Shown: positions 60,199-64,000 of the stretch, piece by piece
Position numbering within the stretch: the first letter of the stretch is position 1
Layout of the letters: the number at the start of each line of letters is the position of its first letter
Assembly: GCA_001516065.1 (NCBI GenBank)
Contig: LOEV01000150.1
Location: 1,232-65,231, forward strand
Direction: 5' to 3'
DNA: 64,000 bases
Source: Alphaproteobacteria bacterium BRH_c36
GTDB lineage: Bacteria; Pseudomonadota; Alphaproteobacteria; Rhizobiales; Hyphomicrobiaceae
Notes under the pieces: model-generated
What the model was told of the DNA's origin: nothing
The model's database searches: none
What the model saw: only the letters and a program-made list of their open reading frames with translations
Program-made: the position numbers and the translations under genes

Positions 60199-61823
60199 GC
60201 CGTGAACGCCTCTATCTGTTCGACACGACACTGCGCGATGGGGCGCAGACCACAGGCGTCGACTTCAAGCTGGCCGACAAGCGACGAATTGCGCGCGTCC
60301 TCGACGATCTTGGCATCGATTATATCGAAGGCGGGTATCCGGGCGCCAACCAGACCGATACCGAGTTCTTTGCCGCGCCTCCGGCCTTCGCCAACGCTAG
60401 GTTCACCGCGTTCGGGATGACCAAGCGACCCGGCCGTTCTGTCGCGAACGACCCCGGCTTCCAGGGACTGCTGCGGTCGAAGGCGGACGCGATCTGTCTT
60501 GTGGCGAAGTCCTGGGACTACCACGTGCGCGTGGCGCTGGGCTGCACCAACGAAGAGAATCTGGAGGCTATCCACCAGTCGATCAGCGCGGTGGTGCAAT
60601 CGGGCCGCGAAGCGATGCTTGATGCGGAGCATTTCTTCGATGGCTACAAGGCCAACCGCGACTATGCGAGGGCGGTCGCCAAATCCGCCTATGAGGCCGG
60701 CGCGCGCTGGGTCGTACTCTGCGACACCAACGGGGGCACGCTGCCGCACGAAGTCGAACGCATGGTCAAGGAGATCGGAGAAGTCATCCCGGGCAGTCAT
60801 CTTGGCATCCACACCCATAACGACACCGAGAATGCGGTGGCCAATACGCTCGTTGCCGTGCGCTCCGGGTGCCGCCAGATCCAGGGCACGCTCAACGGGC
60901 TGGGCGAGCGTTGCGGCAACGCCAACATGACGTCGATCATCCCGACGCTGCTCTTGAAGAGCGAATTCGCCGACAAGTTCGATACAGGGGTGACGCCGGA
61001 ACGGCTCAGGATGCTGACGCACGCCTCGCGCGTGCTCGACGAGGTCGTAAATCAGTCTCCATACCGTCATGCTCCCTATGTCGGCGACAGCGCCTTCGCG
61101 ACCAAGGCCGGCATCCATGCTTCGGCGATCCTGAAAGACCCTGAAACCTACGAGCACGTGCCGCCCGAAGCCGTCGGCAACCGCCGCCGCATGCTGATTT
61201 CCGATCAGGGCGGGCGCTCCAACCTGCTGGCCGAACTGACGCGGCTGGGCATTCAGCTCGACAAGGACCATCCGCGGATTCCAGCGATGCTCGAAGCGAT
61301 CAAGCGGCGCGAGGCGGAAGGCTATTCCTACGAGTCGGCGGATGCATCGTTCGAACTTCTGGCGCGCCGCGAACTGGGCGAGGTGCCGCGCTACTTCTCG
61401 ATCGATTCCTTCCGGGTGATGGTCGAGCGGCGGCACAATGCGAATGGCGAACTCGTCACCATTTCGGAAGCCACCGTGAAGGTCTTCATCAACGGCGACG
61501 AGGAACCGCTGTGGTCGGTGGCGGAGGGGAACGGCCCGGTCAACGCGCTCGACTCGGCGCTGCGCAAGGATCTCGGGCGCTACCAGGACCACATCAAGGA
61601 TGTCGAACTGGTTGACTACAAGGTACGCATCCTGACGGCGGGCGGCGGCACGGAAGCGGTGACGCGGGTTCTCGTCGAAAGCCATGACCGGGCGTCCGGG
61701 GACCGCTGGTTGACGGTCGGAGTGTCGCCGAACATCATCGATGCCAGCTTCGAAGCGTTGGTCGATTCAATCAACTACAAATTGATGAAGGATGGAGCAA
61801 AGGCCAGCGCGCACGTTGCATGA
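60195..61823 (+). CDS. cimA: citramalate synthase
   Basis: DTTLRDGAQ, LCDTNGG, HTHND, GERCGNAN, EGNGPVNALD, DYKVRIL. Confidence 0.93.
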   Translation: MSRERLYLFDTTLRDGAQTTGVDFKLADKRRIARVLDDLGIDYIEGGYPGANQTDTEFFAAPPAFANARFTAFGMTKRPGRSVANDPGFQGLLRSKADAICLVAKSWDYHVRVALGCTNEENLEAIHQSISAVVQSGREAMLDAEHFFDGYKANRDYARAVAKSAYEAGARWVVLCDTNGGTLPHEVERMVKEIGEVIPGSHLGIHTHNDTENAVANTLVAVRSGCRQIQGTLNGLGERCGNANMTSIIPTLLLKSEFADKFDTGVTPERLRMLTHASRVLDEVVNQSPYRHAPYVGDSAFATKAGIHASAILKDPETYEHVPPEAVGNRRRMLISDQGGRSNLLAELTRLGIQLDKDHPRIPAMLEAIKRREAEGYSYESADASFELLARRELGEVPRYFSIDSFRVMVERRHNANGELVTISEATVKVFINGDEEPLWSVAEGNGPVNALDSALRKDLGRYQDHIKDVELVDYKVRILTAGGGTEAVTRVLVESHDRASGDRWLTVGVSPNIIDASFEALVDSINYKLMKDGAKASAHVA

Positions 61824-61911
61824 AAATGGCGCCGGCGTGGGCGGTGGCTCGGTCGGCCATTCCAGCAGCCGGCGTTTGCTGCAGTTGGCCCTTGCAGACG
61901 TCGCCCAACAT

Positions 61912-61944
61912 AAAAGCCGCCCCACGTTGCCGGGGGCGGCTTTC
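61912..61944. terminator. bidirectional terminator between cimA and the csp gene
   Basis: AAAAGCCGCCCC...GGGGCGGCTTT. Confidence 0.8.
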
Positions 61945-61994
61945 AGTCGTTAGCATTCTACGAGCCCCGCGCGAGGGCTGCGCCAGCCCGAAGC

Positions 61995-62204
61995 TTAGAG
62001 AAGCTCGATGTTGCTGACGGCCGACTTGCCGGAGCGACGATCGATTTCGGTGTCGAAAGCGACCTTCTGGCCCTCGGCAAGATTGCGGATGCCGGCGCGC
62101 TCAAGAGCGGTTGCGTGGACGAAAACGTCCTTGTCGCCGCCATCGGGAGCGATAAAGCCGTAGCCTTTTTGCTCGTTGTAGAATTTAACGGTTCCGTTCT
62201 GCAT
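61995..62204 (-). CDS. cold-shock protein
   Basis: GTVKFYN, KGYGFI, DVFVH. Confidence 0.96.
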   Translation of the reverse strand: MQNGTVKFYNEQKGYGFIAPDGGDKDVFVHATALERAGIRNLAEGQKVAFDTEIDRRSGKSAVSNIELL

Positions 62205-62441
62205 TAGTCGTCTGCCTTTTCGATTGCGTTGGCTTTGAGGCTCCGCGGGCGCTTCGGTGCGCAGGTTCGGCCTCGCATTCTCGAGTTTGGGTAGAGTACT
62301 GAACGTGCGCCTAGCAATTTCGAAGGCGTAGCGGCCCTGTCGTCCGGCCAAAATCGACGGGTCTTACATAGACCTTCGGGCGTATTGCCGCAAGGGTTGT
62401 TTCGCTGAATCGCGTGCCAGTTAGGCCTTGGTGGCCCTGCC

Positions 62442-63422
62442 TCAGGCGTCGAGAATTCTCTGGGCGGCCGTCGAGGGACTTGATTTACCAGCAAGAACTT
62501 CGTCGCAGAGCGCGCCGATAAGGCTCGTCCCGCCAGCCTTGATGCGAGCGGCAACGAGGTCGGAGGCGGCCCTGGCGATCAGGTAGCGGGCGCGGCGGCG
62601 GCGCCGTTCCACCGGCTCAACGCGGCGTACCGCGTCACTTTCCTTCTCTATAGCCCCGATCAATTCGCTGATGCCTTCTCCGGTCAGGGCACTGGTCTTG
62701 AGGATCGGCACCTGGCTTTGCTTACCTGAACGGATTGATAGAGCCCCTTTGAGCTGCTGCAGGGTGCGTTCGGCGCCATCGCGGTCGGATTTGTTGACGA
62801 CCAGGATATCGGCGATTTCCAACAGCCCGGACTTCATGGCCTGGATATCGTCGCCGAGGCCAGGGGCTGATGCAACGATGCGGATGTCGGCGACTTCGGC
62901 GACGTCGATCTCATTTTGGCCGGCACCGACGGTCTCCAGCAGGATCAGGTCGAAGCCGGCGGCATCGAGGGCGTCGATGATGCGGACCGCGGCCGGCGAC
63001 AAGCCGCCGAGATAGCCGCGGCTCGACAGCGAGCGGACGAAGACGCCGTCGTCGTCGAGGGCCGCCGTCATGCGGATGCGGTCGCCTAGAATCGCGCCTC
63101 CGGAAATGGGGCTCGATGGGTCGACGGCGATGACGCCGACGCGGAGGCTGGCGTTTCGCAGCTGCTCGATCAGCGCGTTGAGAAGCGTTGATTTTCCTGC
63201 TCCCGGCGGACCGGTGAGGCCAACGACGAGCGCATGGCCGAGATGCGGCTGGAGTGCCTGCAGCAAGCCTGGGGCCTCGGCGGACTGGCTTTCGAGGACG
63301 GTGACGGCGTCTGCAATCGCGCGCCTTTCGCCCCGCCGCACAGCAGCGACGAGGTCGGCGATGCGGCTTGGTTTGTCAGTGCCGGAGACCGGCGGGCTGG
63401 CGCTGGCGGTTTCGTCTGTCAT
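62442..63422 (-). CDS. meaB: methylmalonyl-CoA mutase-associated GTPase MeaB
   Basis: GPPGAGKST, DPSSP..GGAILGDRIRM, ETVGAGQ, NKSD. Confidence 0.93.
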   Translation of the reverse strand: MTDETASASPPVSGTDKPSRIADLVAAVRRGERRAIADAVTVLESQSAEAPGLLQALQPHLGHALVVGLTGPPGAGKSTLLNALIEQLRNASLRVGVIAVDPSSPISGGAILGDRIRMTAALDDDGVFVRSLSSRGYLGGLSPAAVRIIDALDAAGFDLILLETVGAGQNEIDVAEVADIRIVASAPGLGDDIQAMKSGLLEIADILVVNKSDRDGAERTLQQLKGALSIRSGKQSQVPILKTSALTGEGISELIGAIEKESDAVRRVEPVERRRRRARYLIARAASDLVAARIKAGGTSLIGALCDEVLAGKSSPSTAAQRILDA

Positions 63423-63513
63423 GGCGGGCTGATACGCGAGAGGCGCCCCTGTTAGCAAGTGGCGCGCGCGGATGTGCTTTTGAAACAACTCTGGCGGACC
63501 GCTGCGCCGCGCG

Positions 63514-64000
63514 TCAATACCACAGTCCGGGGAAGCGATAGCGGGGGCGCATTTCAATGGGACCGTAGCCTAGCATCGAGACCATCGGCTCGTCGATTAC
63601 GGTAATCTGCGGCAGGCCTGCCCGGCCTGAGAGTTGGTGCAGGCGGGCGATGCGTTCGTCCGTCGGGGGGTGGGTGCGCAGAAGCGAAGGCTGGGGGACG
63701 CGGCGGGTCGGGACCGGATAGACGAGATCCTCCCAGAACTGTCCCTGATAGCGCTCCAGCCGGCTCAAGGCAGAGGCGAGACCCATTGGGTCACCGGTCA
63801 GCATGGCGGCTTCGAGATCGGCATCGAATTCACGCGCCCGCGACAGGCCCAGTTGAAGAAGGCTCGAGAAAGCCGGTGCGAAATAAAGGAGAAGCACCGC
63901 CCACCACGAGACCGGAGCGTCGCCGGTCATCATGCCGAGCACGTTGAGGATCGCCAGGGCCAAAGCCACGTAGGACAGCGACTGGACGAAGCGAGTTATG
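63514..64000 (-). CDS. M48/HtpX-family zinc metalloprotease, C-terminal part (truncated by window edge)
   Basis: SRAREFDAD, LASALSRL, THPPTDERI. Confidence 0.88.
   Translation of the reverse strand, partial: ITRFVQSLSYVALALAILNVLGMMTGDAPVSWWAVLLLYFAPAFSSLLQLGLSRAREFDADLEAAMLTGDPMGLASALSRLERYQGQFWEDLVYPVPTRRVPQPSLLRTHPPTDERIARLHQLSGRAGLPQITVIDEPMVSMLGYGPIEMRPRYRFPGLWY

Noticed and set aside
60093-61685. 530-aa minus-strand ORF (likewise 48913-50313, 11619-12734, 39814-40929)
   Set aside because: Antisense shadows of well-supported genes with no recognisable motifs.

Overview
GC-rich alphaproteobacterial chromosome segment, most likely Hyphomicrobiales (inferred from gene order and protein style). 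Positions 1-13.5 kb hold the distal S10, spc and alpha ribosomal operons (rplB to rplQ, with secY, adk, rpoA). A housekeeping backbone follows (degP-like, rarA, crcB, RluA family, ATP12, pccB, mnmD and MnmC-like oxidoreductase, gph, rpiA, gor, class II DAHP synthase, nadE, gltX, cysS, cimA, meaB). Two accessory-looking blocks interrupt it: 16.5-22.3 kb (L,D-transpeptidase, lactate permease-like, orphan Tae4-family amidase) and 44.5-54.6 kb (perfect FNR/FixK box, HTH protein, three Usp genes, P-type ATPase, ferric-reductase-like protein, cysK, cNMP-binding protein). The most unusual signal is non-coding. Four intergenic loci (33.0, 37.7-38.0, 38.8-39.0, 57.4 kb) carry 76-79-bp CTAG-bounded hairpin modules of at least five sequence types that share one geometry (about 10-bp outer stem, one-sided 3-4-nt bulge, about 16-bp inner stem, about 21-nt loop), chained in twos and threes by exactly 13-bp IHF-site-like linkers. 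A related ~130-bp repeat pair lies at 42.2 and 54.6 kb. Also notable are a candidate Cys-sensing leader peptide before cysS, a 40-bp hairpin tandem repeat between rpoA and rplQ, and a deviant uL2 core motif. No tRNA, rRNA, CRISPR array, integrase or transposase was recognised. All calls are by eye; no searches were run.
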